NCBI GenBank assembly: GCA_027023475.1
Contig: JALVVJ010000019.1
Location: 1,459-65,458 of the forward strand
Length of the DNA stretch: 64,000 nucleotides
Source of the DNA: Flavobacteriales bacterium
Lineage (GTDB): Bacteria; Bacteroidota; Bacteroidia; Flavobacteriales; Flavobacteriaceae
Reading direction: 5' to 3'
Numbering within the stretch: position 1 is the stretch's first letter; each line of letters begins with the position of its first letter. The notes beneath the pieces were generated by a model. That model searched no databases. It had not been told where the DNA came from and saw only the letters and a list, made by a program, of their open reading frames with translations. The position numbers and the translations under genes were made by a program. Below are positions 54,730-64,000 of the stretch, in pieces.

Positions 54730-55272
54730 ATGAAAACTAAAAATTTTATCCGCCTCATTACGCTTGTTTTAGCCCTTGGTTTGACCACTTCCGTTTGGGC
54801 CAAAAAAAAGGCCTTCCTCAGGTTTTATCCTATGGGCAAAGACCTGGTGGTAACCATTAACCAAAACGATGACCAAACAGCCAATGACTTCTTCTACATT
54901 CAACTTGCGGCTCCCATCGATTACAATTTGCTGGAAGACGGAATGTATTCATTATTTATCCGTAAGGATTTTATTATTATGGAAGGCAAGGAACACAGTT
55001 TGGGCTTTACCGTGAATCCCGAAATTATCCAAACGGCTTTTCGTCAAAAAATCAAATATGTGTATGCCATCGGCATTGTGGAGGGTCATTCCGAAACGCC
55101 CATTGGTGTAAACCAGGTCTTGAAACAATATTTGACCGAAGCCGCACAATTGCATCCGGCCACCTTTGAACGTAAAGGGCATCTCAAAGCTTGCCGGGCC
55201 GGTTATCAACTCTACTGTACCGAAGACGGCTTTTGGTGCCGTTGCATCAAGAAAGAGGAAGAACAATTGTAA
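54730..55272 (+). CDS. Hypothetical secreted protein
   Basis: Signal peptide MKTKNFIRLITLVLALGLTTSVWA. No recognised family. Cys-rich C-terminus (CRAGYQLYCTEDGFWCRC). Confidence 0.55.
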   Translation: MKTKNFIRLITLVLALGLTTSVWAKKKAFLRFYPMGKDLVVTINQNDDQTANDFFYIQLAAPIDYNLLEDGMYSLFIRKDFIIMEGKEHSLGFTVNPEIIQTAFRQKIKYVYAIGIVEGHSETPIGVNQVLKQYLTEAAQLHPATFERKGHLKACRAGYQLYCTEDGFWCRCIKKEEEQL

Positions 55273-55290
55273 ATTGACACAACATTCATC

Positions 55291-55328
55291 AAAAAATCCC
55301 TTGCTCAAATCTAGCAAGGGATTTTTTT
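55291..55328. terminator. Bidirectional intrinsic terminator between the hypothetical gene and pnp
   Basis: AATCCCTTGCT-CAAATCT-AGCAAGGGATT (11-bp stem), with an A run on the left and a T run on the right. Confidence 0.7.
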
Positions 55329-55349
55329 ATTTGGCGGAATGATTTTTCA

Positions 55350-57575
55350 TCAATCGTCACGACGTGGCGGACGGTTTCCCGAGCGGTGTTTTCCACCGTC
55401 GCGGCGCGGACCGCGTCCACGTGCCGGGCGCCGTTCGCGGCGTTCGGGTTCGGTATAACCTTCGGGTTTGGGTATGATGGCTTTACGCGAGAGCCGCAAC
55501 TTGCCATTGGGTTCTTTGGCCAAAAGTTTTACGCGAACCATATCGCCCACTTTCAGTACATCGTTTACGTCGTGGGTGCGTTTCCAATCGATTTCGGAAA
55601 TATGGAGTAAACCTTCGGTTCCGCGTCCTATTTCCACAAAGGCACCGAAATCCTTGATGGAAACAATGCGGCCTTCGTACACTTCGCCCACTTCGGGTTC
55701 AAAGGCAATACTGCGGATAATGTCGATGGCTTCTTGTATTTTTTCGCGGCTTTTGCCCATAATTTCCACCACGCCCATATCGCCTTCTTCTTTGATAACA
55801 ATAACCGTGTCGGTTTCGTCTTGCAATTGTTGAATATCCTTTCCTCCTTTGCCAATAACGGCTCCGATAAAGTCTTTCGGAATTTCGATACGTTCGATTT
55901 TGGGCACGAAGTCCTTCACATCCGGACGCGGCTTGTCGATGGTTTGGTTCATGATTCCCAGGATGTGCATCCGGCCTTCGCGTGCTTGATGCAGGGCTTT
56001 TTCCAACACGCCACGGTCCAGATTTTTGATTTTAATGTCCATTTGACAGGCCGTGATACCATCGGCCGTTCCGGCCACCTTGAAGTCCATATCGCCCAAA
56101 TGGTCTTCGTCGCCCAGAATGTCGGACAGCACCACATGCCGGCCGCTTTCTTCGTCCCAAATCAAGCCCATGGCAATGCCGGCCACCTGCTTTTTGATTT
56201 GAATACCGGCGTCCATCAGGGCCATGCTGCTGGCGCAAACCGTGGCCATAGACGACGATCCGTTGGACTCCAACACATCGGAAACCACACGAATGGTGTA
56301 GGGCGAATCCGTGGGCACCATGGGTTCCAAAGCCCGTTGGGCCAGATGTCCGTGCCCGATTTCGCGGCGTGAAGTCCCGCGCAAGGGCTTTACTTCGCCA
56401 GTGGAATAGGGCGGAAAATTATAGTGCAAATAAAAACGCTCTTCGTCTTGGAACGAAACCCCGTCGATGATGTTCACATCCATCGACGTACCCAAGGTTA
56501 CTTGTGCCAAGGCCTGGGTTTCACCACGGGTAAAAATGGCCGAACCGTGTACCGAAGGCAAATAGTCCACTTCGGTCCAAATGGGACGTATTTCTTCGGG
56601 CTTGCGACCGTCGAGGCGTTTTTGTTCGTTCAAAATCAAGTCGCGAACGGCCTTTTTCTTTACGTCGGAAAAGTATTCCGAAATCAATTTGCCTTTTTCT
56701 TCGAGCGTTTCTTCGTCGAATTGTTCTTGGAGTTCTTGCTTGACGGCATCAAACATTTCTTTGCGTTCCTGTTTGCCTGTGGATTGGGAGGCAATGGCAT
56801 AGATGCGGTCGTAGGCGAAGTCATGCACTTTTTGGTAAAGTTCTTCATCCTCTTCGCCACGGTCGTAATCGCGCTTGGTTTGCGCCTTGGCCACCTTGGC
56901 GGCAAATTCCTTTTGGGCTTCGATTTGCTTGCGAATGGTTTGATGGGCAAAGTCGATGGCATCCAGCATTTCTTCTTCGCTCACTTCGTGCATTTGGCCT
57001 TCGACCATGGTTACCGAATCGTAGGTTCCGCCCACCATCAGGTCGATATCGGCCTCTTCGATGTCCTTGATGCCCGGGTTGATCATAAATTGCCCGTCCT
57101 TGCGGATTACGCGCACTTCGGAGATGGGTCCGTCAAACGGAATATCCGATACGCTGATGGCGGCCGAAGCAGCCAAGCCGGCCAAAGCATCGGGTTGTAC
57201 GTCTTCGTCGTATGACAACAGCGAAATCATTACTTGCGTATCGTGACGGTAATCCTTCGGAAAGGTGGGCCGCAATACGCGATCCACCAGGCGCATAACC
57301 AATATTTCTTCGCTTGACGGACGGCCTTCGCGCTTAAAAAATCCGCCGGGGAATTTTCCCGATGCCGAATATTTTTCGCGATAATCCACTGTGAGCGGGA
57401 AAAAGTCCACGTCGGGTTTGGCTTCTTTGTTCGACACCACGGTGGCCAGCAACATGGTGTTGCCCATACGCACCACGGCCGAACCGTCGGCCTGCTTGGC
57501 CAGTACACCGGTTTCGAGCGTGATTTCGCGCCCGTCGTCCAGGGTTATTACTTGTTTTATGGGTTCAGGTTTCAT
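55350..57575 (-). CDS. pnp: Polyribonucleotide nucleotidyltransferase (PNPase)
   Basis: Two RNase PH-like halves, a KH domain ([11 protein letters not shown]) and an S1 domain ([15 protein letters not shown]). There is an Arg/Gly-rich C-terminal tail. Confidence 0.95.
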   Translation of the reverse strand: MKPEPIKQVITLDDGREITLETGVLAKQADGSAVVRMGNTMLLATVVSNKEAKPDVDFFPLTVDYREKYSASGKFPGGFFKREGRPSSEEILVMRLVDRVLRPTFPKDYRHDTQVMISLLSYDEDVQPDALAGLAASAAISVSDIPFDGPISEVRVIRKDGQFMINPGIKDIEEADIDLMVGGTYDSVTMVEGQMHEVSEEEMLDAIDFAHQTIRKQIEAQKEFAAKVAKAQTKRDYDRGEEDEELYQKVHDFAYDRIYAIASQSTGKQERKEMFDAVKQELQEQFDEETLEEKGKLISEYFSDVKKKAVRDLILNEQKRLDGRKPEEIRPIWTEVDYLPSVHGSAIFTRGETQALAQVTLGTSMDVNIIDGVSFQDEERFYLHYNFPPYSTGEVKPLRGTSRREIGHGHLAQRALEPMVPTDSPYTIRVVSDVLESNGSSSMATVCASSMALMDAGIQIKKQVAGIAMGLIWDEESGRHVVLSDILGDEDHLGDMDFKVAGTADGITACQMDIKIKNLDRGVLEKALHQAREGRMHILGIMNQTIDKPRPDVKDFVPKIERIEIPKDFIGAVIGKGGKDIQQLQDETDTVIVIKEEGDMGVVEIMGKSREKIQEAIDIIRSIAFEPEVGEVYEGRIVSIKDFGAFVEIGRGTEGLLHISEIDWKRTHDVNDVLKVGDMVRVKLLAKEPNGKLRLSRKAIIPKPEGYTEPERRERRPARGRGPRRDGGKHRSGNRPPRRDD

Positions 57576-57596
57576 AAATGTTCTGTTTTTCGATTA

Positions 57597-57625
57597 AACA
57601 AAAAAAGGGCTTGGAACCGCCCTTT
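57597..57625 (-). terminator. Intrinsic terminator/attenuator between rpsO and pnp
   Basis: Minus strand reads AAAGGGC-GGTTCCAA-GCCCTTT followed by TTTTGTTT. Confidence 0.6.
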
Positions 57626-57639
57626 TTGTTTGGGATTGC

Positions 57640-57909
57640 TTATTTACGCAATCCGAGTTCTTTGATGATTTTTCGATAACGTTCGATGTCCACTTTTTTG
57701 AGGTAGTCCAGGTGTCGCCGGCGCTTGCCAACCAGTTTGATCAACGCCCGCTCCGTACTGTAATCGTGCTTGTGCTTTTTGAGATGTTCGGTCAGGTGTT
57801 GAATGCGGTAGGTAAACAACGCGATTTGTGCTTCCGGCGATCCGGTGTCCTTTTCGGATTTGCCGTACTTCTTGAAGAATTCTTTTTTGATTTCAGGTGT
57901 CAAATACAT
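57640..57909 (-). CDS. rpsO: 30S ribosomal protein S15
   Basis: Trimmed to ATG 57909 ([44 protein letters not shown]...), canonical S15. Confidence 0.95.
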   Translation of the reverse strand: MYLTPEIKKEFFKKYGKSEKDTGSPEAQIALFTYRIQHLTEHLKKHKHDYSTERALIKLVGKRRRHLDYLKKVDIERYRKIIKELGLRK

Positions 57910-57948
57910 GCCAATATTTTTTAAATGATTTTTATGTATTGCAGTGTG

Positions 57949-57956
57949 CAAAGATA
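57949..57956 (-). promoter_or_regulatory. Candidate -7 promoter box (TATCTTTG) for rpsO
   Basis: Plus-strand CAAAGATA, 39 nt upstream of ATG 57909. Confidence 0.4.
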
Positions 57957-58156
57957 TAATCATTTTCCCGAATAACCAAAGCATACATTATTTTATATAT
58001 TCACCACCCGGGCGGCTGAAAAAATTACACCAAAAAGCGAAATAATGTCTTGATTTTTAGAATTTTATTTGGTTTTTCCTGCAAAAATGGCCGGTTTGTT
58101 CGTTAGGCATATTTTTTTCCGTTTCCAACAGTGCAAACCTAAAAAAACAAAAAACG

Positions 58157-58729
58157 ATGATCAATTATCCTACGCGCAAAGTATTCTACGATAAGTATAT
58201 CGTGCATACCAAAAGGTTGGCCATTGCCTTTTTCCTTTTGGGATTGGCCGGAGTGATTTTTCCCGGACTAATGGGATTGACCTTTGCCGTGTTTGTGGGC
58301 TGGGTGATGCTTTTTTTGGGAATTTACGGAGGTGTCATTACCTACAAAGTGAACGCCAAGAGCTTATGGGCTTGGCTCAAAGTATTACTACTTACGGTTA
58401 CGGGCATTTTGATGGTTTGGAAACCCTGGGCCGCTGCCAGTGCCTTGGCTATCTTGATGGCGGTTTACCTTTTTACCGATGCGGCCATTAATTTCGGTTT
58501 GGCCTTAACGCTCAAACCGGCGGTAAACAAGCTGTGGGCCGTAATTAACGGCCTGGTGAGTGGTATATTGGGTGTGATTTTCCTCTATTATACGCCCAAT
58601 CCGTTGGCTTCTTCCTGGCTTTTGGGCCTCTATGTGGGCATCAGTTTGCTCTTTGATAGTATTATGCTTTGGTCATTGAGTAAGGGAGCCGACAAAATCC
58701 TAGTGGAACAAATGTATTTGGAAGAATAA
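58157..58729 (+). CDS. HdeD/DUF308 family membrane protein
   Basis: 190 aa with six hydrophobic helices in the repeating pattern typical of DUF308. The family is recalled. Confidence 0.6.
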   Translation: MINYPTRKVFYDKYIVHTKRLAIAFFLLGLAGVIFPGLMGLTFAVFVGWVMLFLGIYGGVITYKVNAKSLWAWLKVLLLTVTGILMVWKPWAAASALAILMAVYLFTDAAINFGLALTLKPAVNKLWAVINGLVSGILGVIFLYYTPNPLASSWLLGLYVGISLLFDSIMLWSLSKGADKILVEQMYLEE

Positions 58730-58750
58730 TGTCCAACATCAGCTGTTTGC

Positions 58751-58780
58751 AACCGGTCCATCAGGGCCGGTTTTTTGTTT
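58751..58780 (+). terminator. Intrinsic terminator after the DUF308 gene
   Basis: AACCGG(T)CC-ATCAG-GGCCGGTT followed by TTTTTGTTTTATT. Confidence 0.6.
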
Positions 58781-59013
58781 TATTCCGGGTTTAGGCCGGA
58801 ATTTTGTTCTTTTCTATCAGGGGTGGATAATTTCGTATTTGTAAAAATTTCAATAAAATATGATATTTATCAAATATCAAAAATATTTTATTCTATTACC
58901 AAAAAACTAATCATTATTTTGATTTTTATTCAAAAATATTATTATTTTTGTTTTATATGGAATATAAACCGAATCCTGTACAGTCAATTAACTTTTAAAA
59001 AAGCCTCTAAGCC

Positions 59014-62000
59014 ATGAGAGTCATATTTTTAGTTACCGTTTTTGTTTGGGCTCTTGGAATTACACGGGCCCAAGTGAGCATCAACACCGACGGGAGCCAG
59101 CCACATGCTTCCGCCATGTTGGACATTCAAAGCACTTCCAAGGGATTATTGATTCCCAGGATGACAAAGGATCAACGCGATGGTATTGTTTCGCCGGCCG
59201 AAGGTTTGATGATTTACCAAACCGACAACACACCGGGTTTTTATTATTATGACGGCACAGCTTGGTTGATGGTTCAGAACGCTGCTACGGCCGTAAAAAA
59301 AATCGATGACTTGGAAGATGGCAAATCCGACAACGACGGCACCGACAACGGTTCGTCGGTTTTCCTGGGGCATGAGGCCGGCCTTTCCGATGATGCTACC
59401 GACAACAGGAATGTGGGGGTGGGGTATCAGGCGTTATTGTTTGACGGAACCGGGCTTTCCGATAAGCGTTATTGTACAGGTATTGGATATCAGGCTTTGC
59501 GGGAATACCGGGCCGATTATAATACTGGCATTGGATACAAAGCGTTATATTTGGTTGGGGACAGTTGTAATACGGCTGTGGGAGCCGAGGCCGGATACCG
59601 GACCAGTGGAGTCCACAATGTGGCAGTAGGATACAGGGCTTTATATCAAAACAATGGCGATAATATCACGGCCGTTGGTTCACAGGCTTTGTATAGCAAT
59701 GATGGTGGGACAGGAAATACCGCATTGGGATATGCATCACTATACAGCAATGAATACGGACATTATAATACCGCATCCGGTGCCCAAGCCCTTTACAGTA
59801 ATATAAACGGCTATCGTAATACCGCCATGGGATACCAAGCCCTTTACAACAATTATAACAATGACAATTCCGCTTTCGGTTATCAAGCGCTATACAACAA
59901 TACCGGAGGCAGAGAAAATACGGCAATAGGTTCCGAAGCACTTTACAGCGGTACGAACATCAGTAATAACACCGCGGTAGGTTACCGGGCACTTTACCAT
60001 AACCAAACAAACAGCAATGCGGCATTTGGGCACAGCGCATTGTTTAGTAACACAACCGGAGTGGCCAATGTGGCTGTGGGTAACGGAACGCTTTATTCCA
60101 ATCAAACGGGCTATGATAACACAGCCATAGGTACAGGAGCGCTGAACGCTAACACAACGGGCAGTTTTAATACGGCTTGTGGAAGGGCATCGCTCCAATC
60201 CAATACCGAAGGCGAATGGAATGTGGCTATGGGAAAAGAAGCTTTATTCAACAATACTACCGGCGGCCAAAACACGTCCATAGGTTCCAAATCCTTACGG
60301 GCAAATACTACCGGAGAAAAAAATACGGCTCTGGGATATGGTGCTTTAACTGGAAATAGTATCGGCAATGAAAATACAGCCGTAGGATATGGTGCAATAA
60401 AACAAAGTGTTTATAGCCAACGCACAGCCGTTGGATACGAAGCCGGCTTCCGTGCAGGCGAGGGCACGGTGGCTGTGGGATATCAAACAGTTCATGAACA
60501 TTCTGTGGGGTATAGTGTGGCTATCGGCTATCAAAGCATGTATAATGGTGGGGGTGGTTCCAGTGTGGCCATAGGTCATCAGGCCTATTATGCCTATGGC
60601 GGCACCAACAATACGGCCATTGGGTATCAAGCGCTGTACAGCAACAATGAAGGAGGGTACAATGTTGCCATTGGTTCCCAAACGCTTTATTCCAACACCA
60701 CCGGCGACAGGAATATTGCAATTGGAAACGATGCACTTTTTAATAATACGTCCGGCCAATTGAATATAGCCATTGGCAGCGAGTCATTATACGCAAATAC
60801 AACTGGACACCTAAATATTGCTTTGGGTTATTATGCACTTCATGAAAACACAACGGGCATGTATAATATTGGTTTGGGTTATTATGTACTTCGTGAAAAT
60901 TCAACTGGTCATGACAATATTGCCTTGGGGAACAGTACGCTTATGAATAATACAACAGGAGCTAATAATATAGCGGGAGGATTTAACGCCCTGAAAAACA
61001 ATACAGCCGGCAATTACAATATTGTTTTGGGATATTTGGCTATGAATAACAATGACGATGGATCCAAAAATATTGCCATAGGAATGAGTGCGCTCTCTTC
61101 CAACACTTCGGGAGATGACAATATTGCCATTGGCGAACAATCCCTTTATACAAATACAACGGGCTATGAGAATGTGGCCATAGGGCACATGGCTATTAAT
61201 CGCAATACAACGGGAGCATATAACTGTGCAGTTGGTGCCTATGCACTTAGGGCCAATCAAACAGGAAACGATAACGTTGCTATCGGGACATCGGCATTGA
61301 ATTACAATACTTCCGGATTCGGTAATACGGCATGTGGAAGAGGAGCATTGTTTAAGAATTCAAACGGACAATATAATAGTGCTTTGGGTTATTCGGCACT
61401 CAACGCGAACAGGGCGGGACGAGAAAACATAGCTGTTGGTTTTAAGGCACTTTATCGTAACATTAATGGCAATGATAACATTGCCATAGGGTCAAGCGCT
61501 CTTTACAACACCACAAATAACAATAACATTGGTATAGGAAAGTATGCATTGTATGATAATGGTCCTGGCTACAATAATGTTGCCATTGGCCATGGTGCGC
61601 TCAATCGTAATACTAACGGGTACAATAATACCGCTGTGGGATATCAGGCCTTTTATTATCATTCAGACTACAACAACTCCACGGCGTTGGGCTACAATGC
61701 CCAACCCACTGCCAGCAACCAAGTGCGTATAGGCAATGCCGATGTTACCAGCATTGGCGGTTATGCCGACTGGACCAATCTGTCGGATGCCAGGTTCAAG
61801 AAAGATGTGCGGGAAAATGTAGTGGGTTTGCCATTTATCATGAAGTTGCGTCCCATCACTTACCGGTTGGATATGGATGCCTTGGCGGCCTTTTTGCACA
61901 CCCCTGACAGCTTACGTATACCCGAAGCCGAAAAACGTAAAGCATCGGAAGTGCAAAGCGGTTTTATAGCCCAGGAAGTGGAGCAGGCGGCCCGTAGCGT

Positions 62001-62241
62001 GGGCTATGATTTCCATGGTGTTGATAAACCGGATAATGAAAACGATACCTACGGCTTGCGTTATGCGGAGTTTGTTGTTCCCATGGTCAAAGCCATGCAA
62101 GAACAACAAAGAGAAATTGAACGTCAGCGGGCGGAAATCGAGGATTTGAAACGCAGGAATGCACGACTCGAAGAGTTGGTGAACCGGTTGCTAAGTCAAG
62201 ATCGTAATATCAGCCGAAGACAGGACAGCGAAGGTGGCTGA
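59014..62241 (+). CDS. Large repeat protein: conserved Bacteroidota N-terminal domain, ~40-50 x 17-aa NxAxGxxAL-type repeats, C-terminal tail-fibre intramolecular-chaperone (peptidase S74-like) domain
   Basis: Signal peptide [20 protein letters not shown] and N-terminal motif KGLLIPRMT...GLMIYQTD...GFYYYDG. The 17-aa period is visible as [17 protein letters not shown] / [17 protein letters not shown] and so on. The C-terminus reads [10 protein letters not shown]...LRPITYRLD...GFIAQEVEQ...YGLRYAEFV, followed by a coiled coil. Confidence 0.85.
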   Translation: MRVIFLVTVFVWALGITRAQVSINTDGSQPHASAMLDIQSTSKGLLIPRMTKDQRDGIVSPAEGLMIYQTDNTPGFYYYDGTAWLMVQNAATAVKKIDDLEDGKSDNDGTDNGSSVFLGHEAGLSDDATDNRNVGVGYQALLFDGTGLSDKRYCTGIGYQALREYRADYNTGIGYKALYLVGDSCNTAVGAEAGYRTSGVHNVAVGYRALYQNNGDNITAVGSQALYSNDGGTGNTALGYASLYSNEYGHYNTASGAQALYSNINGYRNTAMGYQALYNNYNNDNSAFGYQALYNNTGGRENTAIGSEALYSGTNISNNTAVGYRALYHNQTNSNAAFGHSALFSNTTGVANVAVGNGTLYSNQTGYDNTAIGTGALNANTTGSFNTACGRASLQSNTEGEWNVAMGKEALFNNTTGGQNTSIGSKSLRANTTGEKNTALGYGALTGNSIGNENTAVGYGAIKQSVYSQRTAVGYEAGFRAGEGTVAVGYQTVHEHSVGYSVAIGYQSMYNGGGGSSVAIGHQAYYAYGGTNNTAIGYQALYSNNEGGYNVAIGSQTLYSNTTGDRNIAIGNDALFNNTSGQLNIAIGSESLYANTTGHLNIALGYYALHENTTGMYNIGLGYYVLRENSTGHDNIALGNSTLMNNTTGANNIAGGFNALKNNTAGNYNIVLGYLAMNNNDDGSKNIAIGMSALSSNTSGDDNIAIGEQSLYTNTTGYENVAIGHMAINRNTTGAYNCAVGAYALRANQTGNDNVAIGTSALNYNTSGFGNTACGRGALFKNSNGQYNSALGYSALNANRAGRENIAVGFKALYRNINGNDNIAIGSSALYNTTNNNNIGIGKYALYDNGPGYNNVAIGHGALNRNTNGYNNTAVGYQAFYYHSDYNNSTALGYNAQPTASNQVRIGNADVTSIGGYADWTNLSDARFKKDVRENVVGLPFIMKLRPITYRLDMDALAAFLHTPDSLRIPEAEKRKASEVQSGFIAQEVEQAARSVGYDFHGVDKPDNENDTYGLRYAEFVVPMVKAMQEQQREIERQRAEIEDLKRRNARLEELVNRLLSQDRNISRRQDSEGG

Positions 62242-62366
62242 GTGATAGGAGCTCTACGAACAGTGTTTCAAAGGCGTTAGCCACCAAAGAGAAAGGAAAT
62301 TTTACATCCGGCCAACGGTTTAATTTTACTCGTACTTTGTATAATCACTCAGCATCCGGCAATCTC

Positions 62367-62791
62367 CGCGCCAGGGATGGGAGCGGTTATGCGGTGCTGG
62401 CGGCGAGCATGCTTTTCCGCCCGGAGGAGGCGACCGAAGGAAGCCCTACGCACGGGCGGGCGCGGGCAAGCGTAGGCGCAGCCCGCGCAAAAAGCAGCGA
62501 GCCGGCAAGCCGCATTCGAGCGGACAGCCCGGCGGCTGCCGCGTGAGGAACAGCCGGCGTGAGCGTGCTCCGTCATCGCGAAACGACGGCTGAGGCGCCG
62601 CCGCGGCGCGCAGCAGCGCGCCGGGCGGATGGCCGGACGTAAACGATTGTAAATCAGCGAAACGCCCCGGCCCCGCGGCGAAGCCGCGGGGCCGGGGCCG
62701 ACGATAAATCCGCTTCCGCGTCCGGCCATCCGCCGCGGGCTTCCGCCCGCCGGCGGCGCCCCGAACGCCGGCAGCCGGGCGCCCAAAAAAA
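62367..62791 (+). repeat. Family-A repeat, long variant A7
   Basis: The 5' two thirds are like A4/A5. The 3' part is replaced by a chain of GC hairpins: 62605..62622, a 16-bp inverted repeat at 62624-62639/62719-62734, and an enclosed 16-bp hairpin at 62664..62698. It ends GGGCGCCCAAAAAAA. Confidence 0.85.
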
Positions 62792-62905
62792 TTACCGGCA
62801 CCTATTCATCCCGACCACGTAAACATTACACCGGAAAATTTCATTCCCGGTAGACAATATGTTGTAAGGAAAGATATGTGCCGCATTTACACATCAAAAA
62901 AATTG

Positions 62906-62913
62906 TATATTTG
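62906..62913 (+). promoter_or_regulatory. Candidate -7 promoter box (TATATTTG) for the 62937 gene
   Basis: A perfect TAnnTTTG 23 nt upstream of ATG 62937 and downstream of repeat A7. Confidence 0.45.
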
Positions 62914-62936
62914 CTTCAATCAAAAAGACAAGTGAA

Positions 62937-63680
62937 ATGTATTGGTTCGTTTTTATCCTTTTGGTTTTACTGATATTGTTCTTTGCCTACCTGGTGGCCC
63001 AAGGCAAAATGCCGCCCGTAACGGTGAAAATCATTAACCTTATCCTACTGATTGCCGCCATTTATTTGGGTTATCAAATTTATGAATCCATTACCGGCCC
63101 CGTTCGCTTCAACCAAACCAAAAAGAAACGTTATGCCGCCGTGGTGGACCGGCTCAAAGATATTCGCGACTCGGAAATCGCCTATCGCACCGTAACCGGA
63201 CGCTATACGGGTTCGTTCGATTCGTTGGTGCGTTTTGTGGACACGGCCAAATTTACCATTACCCAACGAAGAGACTCGGTTATCAAAGAATACAACCGGT
63301 ATTTGGGCATCACCGAAGAAAAAGAAATTGTGGTCATCGACACGCTGGGATTCGTTCCGGTCAAAGACTCGTTGTTCAAAAATACCGACCGCTACAAACA
63401 AATGCAATGGGTGCCCATACCCGGGCGCGAGCATCAGGTAAAATTTGAACTCAAAGCCGGAAAGCTCAAAAAAGGCGAAGTAAAACTGCCCGTGTTTATG
63501 GCCCGCGTGCACAAAAAGGAAATTCTTTACGACCAGCCCAAAGACCTGGTGGAACAAGAACTCAACGTTATCAGCACCGAAGAAATCAACGGGCCATACA
63601 TTCAAGTGGGCTCCTTGGATGACGTTACCACCAGCGGCAACTGGCCCAAACTCTACGATATTAAGAACAAACGCAAGTAA
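62937..63680 (+). CDS. Hypothetical membrane-anchored protein
   Basis: Two N-terminal hydrophobic helices followed by a soluble domain. No recognised motifs. Confidence 0.6.
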   Translation: MYWFVFILLVLLILFFAYLVAQGKMPPVTVKIINLILLIAAIYLGYQIYESITGPVRFNQTKKKRYAAVVDRLKDIRDSEIAYRTVTGRYTGSFDSLVRFVDTAKFTITQRRDSVIKEYNRYLGITEEKEIVVIDTLGFVPVKDSLFKNTDRYKQMQWVPIPGREHQVKFELKAGKLKKGEVKLPVFMARVHKKEILYDQPKDLVEQELNVISTEEINGPYIQVGSLDDVTTSGNWPKLYDIKNKRK

Positions 63681-64000
63681 TGCAACCCTCGCGAAAACGA
63701 CTGTCCATACAAGCCGGCTTGTATGGACTTTCGTATTTTTTGGAAAACGGCCCCGTGCACGCCTACGACCGGAAAAACTTCCGGGTATCGGGACCCGCAG
63801 GCATCGAACCCCACATACGGTCGATGCTGGACGAACTGATGGTAGATAATGACATCGAACAAGTCCGTATTTTCCATCATAATCCCTGGAACGTTTGGGT
63901 GCCCTTGGCCTTGTTCGATGAGCGACAGGCGGACAAATACCTGCAAACACATATCCGGCTGTTCCGTTCCGATGCGCCGGCCTGGGATGTGTTTGAAGAT
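63680..64000 (+). CDS. DUF3822-like protein, N-terminal part (3' end outside window)
   Basis: ATG 63680 overlaps the previous stop (TAATG). The frame is open to the window end and so is absent from the track. MQPSRKRLSIQAGLYGLSYF... resembles the DUF3822 N-terminus as I recall it. Confidence 0.5.
   Translation, partial: MQPSRKRLSIQAGLYGLSYFLENGPVHAYDRKNFRVSGPAGIEPHIRSMLDELMVDNDIEQVRIFHHNPWNVWVPLALFDERQADKYLQTHIRLFRSDAPAWDVFED

Noticed and set aside
58775-59017. 80-aa ORF in the AT-rich stretch upstream of the large repeat protein.
   Set aside because: The composition is extremely AT-rich and the product is Ile/Phe/Lys/Tyr-rich and non-globular. It ends at the start codon of the next gene. 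It is more plausibly a promoter or regulatory region.
59014-62241. Tail-fibre-like gene as evidence for a prophage.
   Set aside because: No capsid, portal, terminase, baseplate, integrase or lysis genes flank it. The neighbours are housekeeping genes with their own terminators.

Overview
This is a 64-kb chromosomal segment from a Bacteroidota genome. The phylum call rests on gldJ, gldKLMN, a PorP/SprF gene, a T9SS C-terminal sorting domain, and repeated TAnnTTTG -7 promoter boxes. Most of the window is ordinary housekeeping: xth, rseP, mce, rfbCD, rsmG, tpx, prfA, topA, rplU-rpmA, ftsY, rpmB-rpmG, pgi, tRNA-Gln, dnaG, xerD, gltA, secDF, pnp and rpsO. I found no rRNA, CRISPR array, transposase, prophage block or recognisable defence or toxin genes.

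The unusual content is non-coding. Seven intergenic spaces are filled by very GC-rich, hairpin-dense repeats that fall into three families. By my coordinates these total about 4 kb, roughly 6% of the window.
- Family A: about 250-430 nt, 6 copies.
- Family B: about 600 nt, 3 copies.
- Family C: inverted pairs of a GTCATTCCGAC...GAGGAATCTC unit, 2 loci.

The families co-occur as mosaics, share hairpin modules, and show compensatory stem changes and frame-breaking indels between copies. They are therefore conserved as structure, not as protein. I do not recognise them as any known RNA family or IS end. They are my best candidate for something undescribed, either a structured ncRNA or a REP/BIME- or MITE-like modular element system.

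Secondary curiosities are a 1075-aa repeat protein with a tail-fibre chaperone domain on a low-GC islet, an L21 fusion protein, a DnaG lacking all four zinc ligands, and an orphan LigD polymerase domain. All calls come from reading the sequence and from recalled family hallmarks. No searches were run, and repeat boundaries are approximate.
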